Shown piece after piece: positions 13,135-28,893 of a stretch of 64,000 bases of DNA; position 1 is the stretch's first letter; every line of letters begins with the position of its first letter. The stretch lies in contig OZ024743.1 of NCBI GenBank assembly GCA_964016885.1, forward strand, positions 57,102,001-57,166,000. Reading direction: 5' to 3'. The stretch is from Eledone cirrhosa. Lineage: Eukaryota. The position numbers and the translations under genes were made by a program. The notes below the pieces were generated by a model that saw only the letters and a list, made by a program, of their open reading frames with translations, did no database searches and was not told where the DNA came from.

Positions 13135-14090
13135 AACAAAGTCAATCTGTAAACGCAGAAGTGAATATTTCAAAAAACGTTGCAACCGGAGGAAGACAGG
13201 AAGACGATACTTTGGTTCGTGGAAACGTTCCCTGGCAAAGAAGGGGAAAAACGAATATAATACGTCATTATTTGGAGCGGTGAAAAACAATTACACGCAA
13301 AGACAAAACCACGTTTATGGTATAGAAGAAGTCGTAGACTAATATTCTATTAGGTGGTTCATAAAGACGTTCTCAGGCAATGAACGGAAAAAACGAAGAT
13401 AATACGTCATATGTGGAACGGGGAGAACAATTGCACGCAAAGACAAAACCACGTAAATGGTATAACAAGTCGTAGACTAAAATTCTAACTAGGAAACCGA
13501 ATGATTCTCGGCTTCAGAGTTAAGAATAAAGTAAATAAAATACAGAGGTAATTGAAATAAATACATACAAGCATCCATATACGTACATACACAAGCATAC
13601 GCGAAAACACTCGCCATAGGTATACAAAAATACGCACGTACACACAAAAAAACACAAAAAACACGCACATACAGAACCCACGCAACGCCTGTACCCGCAC
13701 GCATACGAATGTATACACCAAATACATATAAAAATATATATAAAAATATATATATTAATATATATATATATGTGTGTGTGTGGTGTATACATATAATTAA
13801 ATAAACGTATATAAATAAATAAATACGTATATAACAACGCACACACATACCTACATGTAAATACACATATGTTCGGAGACGTACGTCAACCAAAACACGA
13901 AGTACACATATACACACACCCTACATACGTACGAACCCGCATACTCACACAGACGCAAAACTCACGCATACACATAACCAAAAACATATGTACCAGAATA
14001 TATAATATATACGCCATAACACATACAGTTAAATATACGTACGAGGAAGTATACGTACCTTCATAAAACATACAGGTAATATATACTTAC

Positions 14091-15277
14091 CTATACAAAT
14101 AAGTAATGGTATAAACATAACATATACTTAGCTACCACATCAAGACGTAAAATATCTGCGTATAGTTCGTACTTTCCGTTAGGGTATAATGTGGGGCTGT
14201 AATACAGGAAAGTTTTGTGCAATTTATGTTTACAAGCCGAAATTGCCTCAGATTTTTTGTTTAAGATGTGGTCTTTGGCGTAGAGTATTTCCAGAGACTC
14301 AGCGGCGCAGAGGCCACATGGTCTTTTATTTCCGTTATACGATCTAGCCCGAGCTAGGATCTCCCAGTGTAACTTATATTGGGTATGGTTGTCTTTTAGA
14401 CCCCAGATATAAGCTGAAAGTGATGTCATATTCCTTCTTAAAGGGTAACGAAAAGAATGGGTATGCATGTAAAGACGCTGCTTGAATCTATTGGCGGTTA
14501 ACCCTATGTAGGCCCTACGGGACGTGGGTGTTTCAACCTTACATTTGTAGACAATATTACTAGAGAGGCATTTCCCGGATATGAGGCAGTCAACCCGATT
14601 CCTACAATTACAGTTAGTACTAACTCCAGGGTTGCACGTGTTCCTACGGCTAGGTAGTTTAGCTAAATTAGAAGATTTGATGTAATGTGCAAGGTTAGGA
14701 GTCGTAGAGTAAGACATTTTTAATAGTATTTCTATTAAAAATGTTACTATATTTATGTGTAGGGGAAAAATGCTTCATAATAAGGGAGAGAAAGATCTTA
14801 GCTAATGGTGTGGCCACCTCCATATTATATGGTGGGTTATACCATATAATTCGATCTATTTCTTGTAGGTCTATTCTCGTAATATGTATATGCTACCTTA
14901 TCGAAAAATCCACTCCGAGCAAGAGCTTCATTGTGATATGTGGAATGGTCGTTGAAAATATGCTCGTTAGTAGATAGACGGAAAAGCCTCAAAGAAACGT
15001 TTCTTACCAGGTTCTTGGTTATGCTGGCAGGATGGTTAGAAAGCTTACTTATGTAATTAAGCGTATCATTCGGATTTCTATACGGGTAATGAAAGCCATT
15101 CGATAAATTGAGGGTAACGTCGAGGTAATTAACGACAGAGAGGTTGGCCTCAACCTGTATGGAGAGGTTGAAGCCTTTAAAGAAGGCTGTGAGTTCTTTT
15201 CTGAACCTGTCGCAAGCACGTGGGCCGCACTTAGTCATGGTCAAAAGACCATCATCAGAGTACAAACCACCGTCCAC
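14091..15277 (-). pseudogene. Penelope-like RT (C-terminal part) plus GIY-YIG endonuclease, two frameshifts
   Basis: GLYSDDGL (GLYRDDGL-like), VNYLDVTLNL, YISKLSNHP, IIWYNPPY in a shifted frame, then NCNCR..C..GKCL, IVY...YIGLT...FKQR...H, CGLC..E, LNKKSE...CKH; frameshifts near 14855 and 14720. Confidence 0.9.
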
Positions 15278-16318
15278 GTTGGGATAGTACGAACTATACG
15301 CGGATATTTTACATCTTGATGTGGTAGCTAAGTATATGTTATGTTTATACCATTACTTATTTGTATAGGTAAGTATATATTACCTGTATGTTTTATGAAG
15401 GTACGTATACTTCCTCGTACGTATATTTGACTGTATGTGTTATGGCGTATATATTATATATTCTAGTACATATGCTTTTGGTTATGTGTATACGTGAGTT
15501 TTGCGTCTGTGTGAGTATGCGGGTTCGTACGTATGTAGGGTGTGTGTATATGTGTACTTCCTGTTTTGGTTGACGTCGTCTCCGAACATATGTGTATTTA
15601 CATGTAGGTATGAGTGTGCGCTTGTTATATACGTATTTATTTATTTATATACGTTTATTTAATTATATGTATACACCACACACACACATATATATATATT
15701 AATATATATATTTTTATATATATTTTTATGTGTATTTGGTGTATACATTCGTATGCGTGCGAGTACAGGCGTTGCGTGGGTTCTGTATGTGCGTGTTTTT
15801 TTTTTTTTTGTGTACGTGCGTGTTTTTGTATACCTATGGCGAGTGTTTTCGCGTATGCTTGTGTATGTACGTATATGGATGCGTGTATGTATTTATTTCA
15901 ATTACCTCTGTATTTTATTTACTTTATTCTTAACTCTGAAGCCGAGAATCATTCGGTTTCCTAGTGAGAATTTTAGTCTACGACTTGTTATACCATTTAC
16001 GTGGTTTTGTCTTTGCGTGCAATTGTTCTCCCCGTTCCACATATGACGTATTATCTTCGTTTTTTCCGTTCATTGCCTGAGAACGTCTTTATGAGCCACC
16101 TAATAGAATATTAGTCTACGACTTCTTCTATACCATAAACGTGGTTTTGTCTTTGTGTGTAATTGTTTTTCACTGCTCCAAATAATGACGTATTATATTC
16201 GTTTTTCCCCTTCTTTACCAGGGAACGTTTCCACGAACCAAAGTATCGTCTCCCTGTCTTCCTCCGGTTGCAACGTTTTTTGAAATATTCACTTCTGCGT
16301 TCACAGATTGACTTTGTT

Positions 16319-16369
16319 AGTTTCAGAAGATCCCGTTAAGGGTGAAAGCAGCGATTCTTTGCTTAAACT
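16319..16369 (+). ncRNA. Type I hammerhead fold with variant core in the Naiad inverted arm
   Basis: Identical to the copy at 13084-13134; followed by AATAAA. Confidence 0.55.
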
Positions 16370-16490
16370 TTAATCTGTTATTTTAATAAATATATATATG
16401 AGAAATATCTCTTATGAATACAATGTATGAATTTATATATATACATACAATATATGAATATATATATATATGTATGTATGAATTCAGGTA

Positions 16491-16542
<52 letters not shown>

Positions 16543-17019
16543 CTCACTTATAAATACAATATATGAAATATCACTTATAAATACAAAATATAAAATATCA
16601 CTTATAAATATAATATATAAAATATCACTTATAAATACGATATAATCTGAAAACTAATTAATTAAAATCTACCAGTGAAATAGAATGTTAAATGAGCAGA
16701 ATATTTACTGTCATAAAAGTTAAGTGGAAGGAAGGAAAGTGTTTGATGTAAATGTATGCAAGTCGCTATATAGATTTCATTTGTAATTAATTTTGGTGTC
16801 AAACTGATGTGTGACTTATTGGTTAGGGTACTGGACTCACCATCTTAAGGCCGTAAGCTAAAATCCTGGATACAACAGTGTGTTGCTTTCTCGAGACACT
16901 TTATTTCACGTTGGTCCAGACTACTCAGCTGGCTAAAGTATCAAGCTAGATATATATAATGCGTGTGCGTGTGCGCGCGCGCGCGTGTGCGTGTGCGTGT
17001 GCGTGTGCGTGTGCGTGTG

Positions 17020-17531
17020 TTATTGCATAAAGTCCCTGGAGTCTGGAAAGTTGAAATTTCTTTAAAGTTTTTATTCTGATTGCACTATATACATTTCAAT
17101 GACCAGTAAAATTCCATTGACATCATCAGGTACATTGCATAACAGTTACAAAGGAAACACTGTTGGGAGTAGTAAACCTAAGGGAGCGGACGTAGGCTGC
17201 CCCCAAGTCAGGTATTTTAATCTTTGTTTTTGTATCCGTGTACACAAATTGTGTTCACCGCGTTTCTATTGTTACTATTATACAATGCACCCGATGAGGT
17301 CACTGGTCATTGAAATATATATGCTACCTACAAAATAAAAACTTTAATAGAATTTCGACTTACCGGCTTCTTGTCGCTTTATTCAATAATGTTTAACTCC
17401 ATCCGCGCACCACCAACAGAATCTTACACCAAAGATGATTGAGTTGCGTCGCGTTGAGTGCTTTCATACTATTGCAGCATGGTTAACTACACAATGAAAA
17501 GTTCTATACAGTGGTGAGCCACCAATTTCAA

Positions 17532-17535
<4 letters not shown>
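17020..17535 (+). mobile_element. Non-coding fold-back element with hammerhead-bearing inverted arms (PLE-derived)
   Basis: Arms about 17020-17160 and 17260-17389 are diverged reverse complements, each with a CYGATGA...GAAAT motif; tail 17390-17535 runs into (TA)n. Confidence 0.65.
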
Positions 17536-17597
<62 letters not shown>

Positions 17598-17725
17598 GTG
17601 TGGTGTGGTGTGGTGTGGTGTGGTGTGGTGTGGTGTGGTGTGGTGTGGTGTGGTGTGGTGTGGTGTGGTGTGGTGTGGTGTGGTGTGGTGTGTGTGTGTG
17701 TGTGGGTGTGGGTGTGTGTGTGTGT
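17536..17725. repeat. (TA)n + (GTGGT)n + (GT)n microsatellite
   Basis: Read directly from the sequence. Confidence 0.95.
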
Positions 17726-18161
17726 ATGCCATTTGTGTTGTGTGTGGTTTACCAATGGGCATAACTGGTCATTCCGATTAATAAATCATGATGTAATAGT
17801 AAGAAAATCACTACGTTATGCAACTCACCCATTATAGATATAATTATATATATATATATACACACACACATACCCACACCTACGAGTCGGGACGACACTG
17901 GTGCTAAGATGTATCGGCCTTTGTCTTTCTCTCGGAAAACATTGTATATAATGTGTATATGAGTTGCAACGACTGTTTTTGCCTTTTTGGGGGATAACAC
18001 CATATATATCAGGTAAAACCAGATAAAACTGGTTAGACCATTACTCAACAGAATATTCGATACTTGGGATAGTAAAGTTGGCTATATTTTAAAGAGTCGG
18101 GGCCCAACTGCTGAGCTCTTGTTCAAACAGCTAGTTCCAATATATACATATATATGGATAT

Positions 18162-18364
18162 ATATGAAAAAATTCAGGAACCCGACGGCTGAGCTCCGGG
18201 TGTTTCAACAACTAGATCCGAACTGTTCGGATCTAGCTGTTGAAACGGCCGAGGCTCAGCCGTCGGGGTCCTGAATTTTTTCATATTACCCACTCTACTA
18301 CTCCAAGTATCGAGTACTCTGGTGCGTTATGGTCCACCTGGTTCCTTACCACAATTCCTTCGTT
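18162..18364 (+). mobile_element. Short hairpin-plus-tail element in TA context
   Basis: 125-bp near-perfect palindrome at 18162-18286 (1-nt loop) plus a 78-bp tail that matches the reverse complement of 46156-46233. Confidence 0.75.
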
Positions 18365-19199
18365 TATATATATATATATATATAGTGTATGTATGTGTAT
18401 ACATTGTGATTACACTGGTGCTAAGCTCTATTAGCCTTTGCTTAAGACAACATATATAATGTATGAGTCGCGACGCCACTGATACCAAATTGTATAGGCC
18501 TTTGTCTTTCCCTTAGACAACATTGGAGGCGTTGTGAGGATTGACTGCTATGTATGGGTGACTGTTAGAGTTCTATAAAACATACTGCAGACCTGTCAAC
18601 TCTCCCTGTCCGACGGGGAGATCTTCTACCCAATTTGGGGTGGATGAGAGATGTCTTCTCTGGTGAAAATGGTTATAGTTTTTAATGTAAAATATCCCAA
18701 ATTTGAATAATCTCACCCCGTTTCGGGGCACTTTAATTCATGGTACTCTCCGTATGGGGTTTTAGAGGTTGGTAGATCTGATACTGTCTAGGTTTGCGCC
18801 TGGAGAGAACTTTCTAGATGCAAACTTATAATCAATTATACCATTAATTGCTGGCGATACATCACTTAATGAATCAATCAGCGTTCATCTGGTGCAGTAC
18901 CTTGAAAATATCTACGTTATAAGATTAAGACGATGATGATGGTGATGATTCAACGCCACGTTGATAGTAATTTAAAGTAAGTATATTTAATGTACGTAGT
19001 CATTATAACCATTATATCTCCTTTACCACACATACACACATATATACGTAAAATCGATAAATTGGAAATGGTGTTTTAAATGATAATTACATTAATACAA
19101 TATCAATAATTAAATTAATATAAATTTATTTCAATGTAAGTGTAATAACACCAAATAAGTAAGCTTGCTATATTGTATAGCTCACACATATTTGCATAC

Positions 19200-19229
19200 A
19201 TACACGCATATATATATATATGTATGCAT

Positions 19230-19263
<34 letters not shown>

Positions 19264-20566
19264 TATATATATGATATATATATATTATGTATGATATATA
19301 TTATATATGATATATATATATTATGTATGATATATATTATATATGATATATATTATATATATATATTATATATATATATATGATATATATATTTACAATA
19401 TATATATATGATATATATATTTATAATATATATATATTATATATATATATATAATATATATATATTATATATATATATTATATATGATATATATATATAT
19501 TATATATATATATGCTATATATTATATATATATGATATATATATATATTATATGTATATATGATATATATTATATATATATATTATATATGTATATTATA
19601 TGTATATATGATATATATATATATTATATATGTATATTATATATAAATATTATATATATATATGATATATATATATTATATATATATATATGATATATAT
19701 ATATTATATATATATATGATATATATATATTATATATATATATGATATATATATATTATATATATATATGATATATATATATATATATTATATATATATA
19801 TTATATATATATATATGATATATATATATGATATATATATGATATATATATATGATATATATATATATGATATATATATATGATATATATATGATATATA
19901 TATATGATATATATATTATATATATATGATATATATATATGATATATATATGATATATATATATTATATATATATGATATATATATATGATATATATATA
20001 TTATATATATATTATATATATATATGATATATATATTATATATATATATATTATATATATATTATATATATATATGATATATATATTATATATATATATA
20101 TTATATATATATATTATATAGATATTATATATATATATATGATATATATATATTATATATATATATGATATATATATATTATATATATATATGATATATA
20201 TATATGATATATATATATGATATATATATATGATATATATATTATATATATATATATTATATATATATATGATATATATATATTATATATATATATATTA
20301 TATATATATATTATATATATATATATTATATATATATATTATATATATATATTATATATATATATGACATATATATATGATATATATATGATATATATAT
20401 ATGATGTATACATATTATATATATATATATGATATATATATATATATGATATATATATATGATATATATATATAATATATATATCATATATATATATGAT
20501 ATATATATATATATAATATATATATCATATATATATATGATATATATATATATATAATATATATAT

Positions 20567-20613
<47 letters not shown>

Positions 20614-21165
20614 TATCATATATATATATGATATATATATATATATATAATATATATATATCATATATATATTATATATATATTATATATATATTATATA
20701 TATATGATATATATATATATGATATATATATATATTATATATATATTATATATATATATATTATATATATATTATATATATATATATGATATATATATAT
20801 ATATATGATATATATATATATATATATATGATATATATATATGATATATATATGATATATATATATGATATATATATATGATATATATATGATATATATA
20901 TATGATATATATATATGATATATATATATATATGATATATATATATATATATATATATATGATATATATATATGATATATATATATGATATATATATGAT
21001 ATATATATATGATATATATATATGATATATATATATGATATATATATATATATATATATGATATATATATATGATATATATATATATGATATATATATAT
21101 GATATATATATATATATAATATATATATATATGATATATATATATATATAATATATATATATATG

Positions 21166-21196
<31 letters not shown>

Positions 21197-21225
21197 ATAT
21201 ATATATATATATATATATGATATAT

Positions 21226-21275
<50 letters not shown>

Positions 21276-21296
21276 ATATATATATATATATATATA

Positions 21297-21373
<77 letters not shown>

Positions 21374-21423
21374 ATATATATATATATATATGATATATAT
21401 ATATATATATATATATGATATAT

Positions 21424-21467
<44 letters not shown>

Positions 21468-21488
21468 ATATATATATATATGATATAT

Positions 21489-21532
<44 letters not shown>

Positions 21533-21536
21533 ATAT

Positions 21537-21580
<44 letters not shown>

Positions 21581-22893
21581 ATATATATATGATATATATA
21601 TATATATATATATATATGATATATATATATATATATATATGATATATATATATATATATATGATATATATATATATATATGATATATATATATATATGAT
21701 ATATATATATATATATATGATATATATATATATATGATATATATATATGATATATATATATATATGATATATATATATATATATATGATATATATATATA
21801 TATGATATATATATATGATATATATATATATATGATATATATATATATATGATATATATATATATATATATATGATATATATATATGATATATATATATA
21901 TATATGATATATATATATATATATATGATATATATATATATATATATATATGATATATATATATGATATATATATATATATATGATATATATATATGATA
22001 TATATATATTATATATATATATATATGATATATATATATATTATATATATATATTATATATATATATATATGATATATATATATATTATATATATATATT
22101 ATATATATATATTATATATATTATATATATATATTATATATATATATATGATATATATATATGATATATATATATATATTATATATATATATATTATATA
22201 TATATATTATATATATATATATGATATATATATATGATATATATATATATATTATATATATATATATTATATATATATATATTATATATATATATTATAT
22301 ATATGATATATATATATATTATATATATATATTATATATATATATTATATATATATATTATATATATATATTATATATATATTATATATATATATGATAT
22401 ATATATATTATATATATATATATATATGATATATATATTATATATATATATATACATGATATATATATTATATATATATATATATACATGATATATATAT
22501 TATATATATATATATATATGATATATATATTATATATATATATATATATATGATATATATATTATATATATATATATATATATGATATATATATTATATA
22601 TATATATATATATGATATATATATTATATATATATATATATATATGATATATATATTATATATATATATATATATGATATATATATTATATATATATATA
22701 TATATGATATATATATTATATATATATATATATGATATATATATGATATATATATATTATATATATATATGATATATATATATTATATATATATATGATA
22801 TATATATATATATATGATATATATATATATATATATGATATATATATATATATATATGATATATATATATATATATATGATATATATATTATA

Positions 22894-22944
<51 letters not shown>

Positions 22945-23009
22945 ATATATATTATATATATATATATTATATATATATATATATATATATGATATATATA
23001 TTATATATA

Positions 23010-23041
<32 letters not shown>

Positions 23042-23632
23042 TACATATATATATATTATATATATATATATATGATATATATATATGGTATATATATATA
23101 TGATATATATATATATGATATATATATGATATATATATGATATATATATATATGATATATATATATGATATATATATATATATATGATATATATATATGA
23201 TATATATAATATATATATATGATATATATATATTATATATATATATATATGATATATATAATATATATATATGATATATATATATTATATATATATATAT
23301 ATGATATATATATGATATATATAATATATATATATGATATATATATATTATATATATATATATATGATATATATATGATATATATAATATATATATATGA
23401 TATATATATATATTATATATATATATATTATATATATATGATATAAATATATATTATATATATATATATTATATATATATTATATATATATTATATATAT
23501 ATATATATATTATATATATATATATATTATATATATATTATATATATATATATATTATATATATATATATATCATATATATATATATATATCATATATAT
23601 ATATATATCATATATATATCATATATATATAT
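19200..23632. repeat. Giant (TA)n array with TGA/TTA interruptions
   Basis: About 4.4 kb of (TA)n punctuated by single G or T insertions. Confidence 0.97.
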
Positions 23633-23758
23633 CGTCTCCGTTGAACCGGTACGTACTCACACTCTATGCAAATTGGTCTGCCCACTACTAATTTTCATAG
23701 AAAAAGCATATAACGATATGTGCTTTTACGATTCTCCAGAAAGGACGGTAGATAGGTA

Positions 23759-23803
23759 AATATTGCTGATGAGTTGTAACAACAACGAAACTAGTTCAAT
23801 ATT
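23759..23803 (+). ncRNA. Canonical minimal type I hammerhead ribozyme
   Basis: Stem I AATATTG/CAATATT, core CTGATGA, stem II GTTGT-AACA-ACAAC, GAA, palindromic stem III ACTAGT, GUU cleavage triplet; outer 13-bp stem 23731-23743/23814-23826. Confidence 0.85.
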
Positions 23804-24090
23804 CCTTGTCTGGCTTTCTGGAGAATAGAGGAAAGGTGTTTCCTCAAAAACCAGTATGACTCTAAAAACCGGTTTGTCTGTGTTTACATACAGAATAGCT
23901 GGACACTCACAGTAAAGTAACCAGTTAAAGACTTGGTACATCTACATATGTATACGTGTGTGTATTCATATGCATACTAGTATTTCAGTATGCATATGTA
24001 GATGTACATTTTTAACTTAATTGTTTAAGCGTCAGTCATACAAAAGTGAGTTACAAACGAAACGAAATTTAATTTCGTTTCGTTATTTGT

Positions 24091-25281
24091 TTATATATAT
24101 ATATATATTATATATATTATATATATATTATATATATATTATATATATATATTATATATATATATTATATATATATATTATATATATATATTATATATAT
24201 ATATTATATATATATTATATATATATTATATATATATTATATATATATTATATATATATTATATATATATTATATATATATTATATATATATATTATATA
24301 TATATTATATATATATTATATATATATTATATATATATTATATATATATTATATATATATTATATATATATTATATATATATTATATATATATTATATAT
24401 ATATTATATATATATTATATATATATTATATATATATTATATATATATTATATATATATTATATATATATTATATATATATTATATATATATTATATATA
24501 TACTATATATATATTATATATATATTATATATATATTATATATATATTATATATATATTATATATATATTATATATATACTATATATATATTACATATAT
24601 ATATTATATATATATTATATATATTATATATATATAATATATATTATATATATTATATATATATATTATATATATATATTATATATATATAATATATATA
24701 TATATTATATATATATAATATATATATATAATATATATATATATTATATATATTATATATATATAATATATATATATATTATATATATTATATATATATA
24801 TTATATATATATATTATATATATATAATATATATATATATTATATATATATAATATATATATATAATATATATATATATTATATATATTATATATATATA
24901 ATATATATATATATTATATATATTATATATATATATTATATATTATATATATATTATATATATTATATATATATAATATATATATTATATATATATTATA
25001 TATATTATATATATTATATATATATTATATATATATATTATATATATATTATATATATATATATATTATATATATTATATATATATATATATTATATATA
25101 TATATATATTATATATATATATATTATATATATATATTATATATATATATATTATATATATATAATATATATATTATATATTATATATATATATTATATA
25201 TATATATATTATATATATATATATTATATATATATATATTATATATATATAATATATATATTATATATTATATATATATAT

Positions 25282-25314
<33 letters not shown>

Positions 25315-25418
25315 ATATATATATTATATATATATATTATATATATATATATTATATATATATATTATATATATATATTATATATATATTATATATATAT
25401 ATATATATTATATATATA

Positions 25419-25467
<49 letters not shown>

Positions 25468-25531
25468 ATTATATATATATATTATATATATATATATATT
25501 ATATATATATATATATATTATATATATATAT

Positions 25532-25563
<32 letters not shown>

Positions 25564-25590
25564 ATTATATATATATATTATATATATATA

Positions 25591-25635
<45 letters not shown>

Positions 25636-25643
25636 ATATATAT

Positions 25644-25677
<34 letters not shown>

Positions 25678-25824
25678 ATTATATATATATATATATATTA
25701 TATATATATATATTATATATATATATTATATATATATATATATATTATATATATATATTATATATATATATTATATATATATATATATATTATATATATA
25801 TATTATATATATATATATATATTA

Positions 25825-25889
<65 letters not shown>

Positions 25890-25912
25890 ATATATATTAT
25901 ATTTATATATAT

Positions 25913-25965
<53 letters not shown>

Positions 25966-26027
25966 ATATATATTATATATATATATATATATTATATATA
26001 TATATTATATATATATATATATATATT
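24091..26027. repeat. (TA)n array with TTA interruptions
   Basis: Read directly from the sequence; almost no G or C. Confidence 0.97.
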
Positions 26028-26227
26028 NNNNNNNNNNNNNNNNNNNNNNNNNNNNNNNNNNNNNNNNNNNNNNNNNNNNNNNNNNNNNNNNNNNNNNNNN
26101 NNNNNNNNNNNNNNNNNNNNNNNNNNNNNNNNNNNNNNNNNNNNNNNNNNNNNNNNNNNNNNNNNNNNNNNNNNNNNNNNNNNNNNNNNNNNNNNNNNNN
26201 NNNNNNNNNNNNNNNNNNNNNNNNNNN
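26028..26227. other. Assembly gap (200 N)
   Basis: Run of N. Confidence 1.
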
Positions 26228-28308
<2,081 letters not shown>

Positions 28309-28893
28309 TTTGTATTAATTTTGATATTTCTGAGTGACATAATTTAATTTGATATAATCTTGTTTGATTTTGTATAATCTTATCTGTATTTGACCCGATT
28401 TCGTTGTTTCTTGTATGATATGCTGATATTACAATAACTCCGTATATTTGTAAACAGACATTTACATCGTGTTTCTATATCTCTGTTTCCGGTTTCTCCC
28501 ATTCATTAATTTAAATTTAGATTTAAAAATTTATTTTTATATTTATGAACTGCAGTTGCTCACGCTCTCACGCTGTCTCTATCTCTCTCCTTCCTCTCTC
28601 TCTCTCTCTCCCCCTCTCGATCAACGAGCTCTCTTTCTCCCTCTCTCTAGATCAACGAGCTCTCTCTCTCTCTCTCTCTATCTATCTTCTCTCTCTCCCT
28701 CTGACCCCCCCCCACTCTTCCCGCTATCTCTCTCGCTCCCCTCTTCTGTCTCCCCCTTTTCTTTTCTTTTCTTTTCTTCTGTTTCTCTTTTTCTCTCGCT
28801 GGAGTTATATCTCTATCTCCCTCCCTCACTCTGTCCCTCTCTAACCTCTACTCTACACCTCCCACTGTCCCTCTTTCTCCCCTCCACAGCGAA

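Larger units (their letters stand above)
12976..16393 (-). mobile_element. 5'-truncated Penelope-like element (Naiad-type) with inverted pseudo-LTR arms
   Basis: Arms 13062-14173 and 15286-16393 are near-identical reverse complements; the core encodes a PLE RT C-terminus and a GIY-YIG endonuclease; an unpaired tail at 12976-13061 abuts (TA)n. Confidence 0.9.

Noticed and set aside
14091-15277. Selenocysteine recoding as reported for some Naiad elements
   Set aside because: The conserved Cys positions visible here are Cys codons, and the ORF breaks are frameshifts, not in-frame TGA
13485-16046. Paired ORFs on opposite strands (for example MFYEGTYTSS...)
   Set aside because: Consequence of the inverted arms; low-complexity UTR sequence
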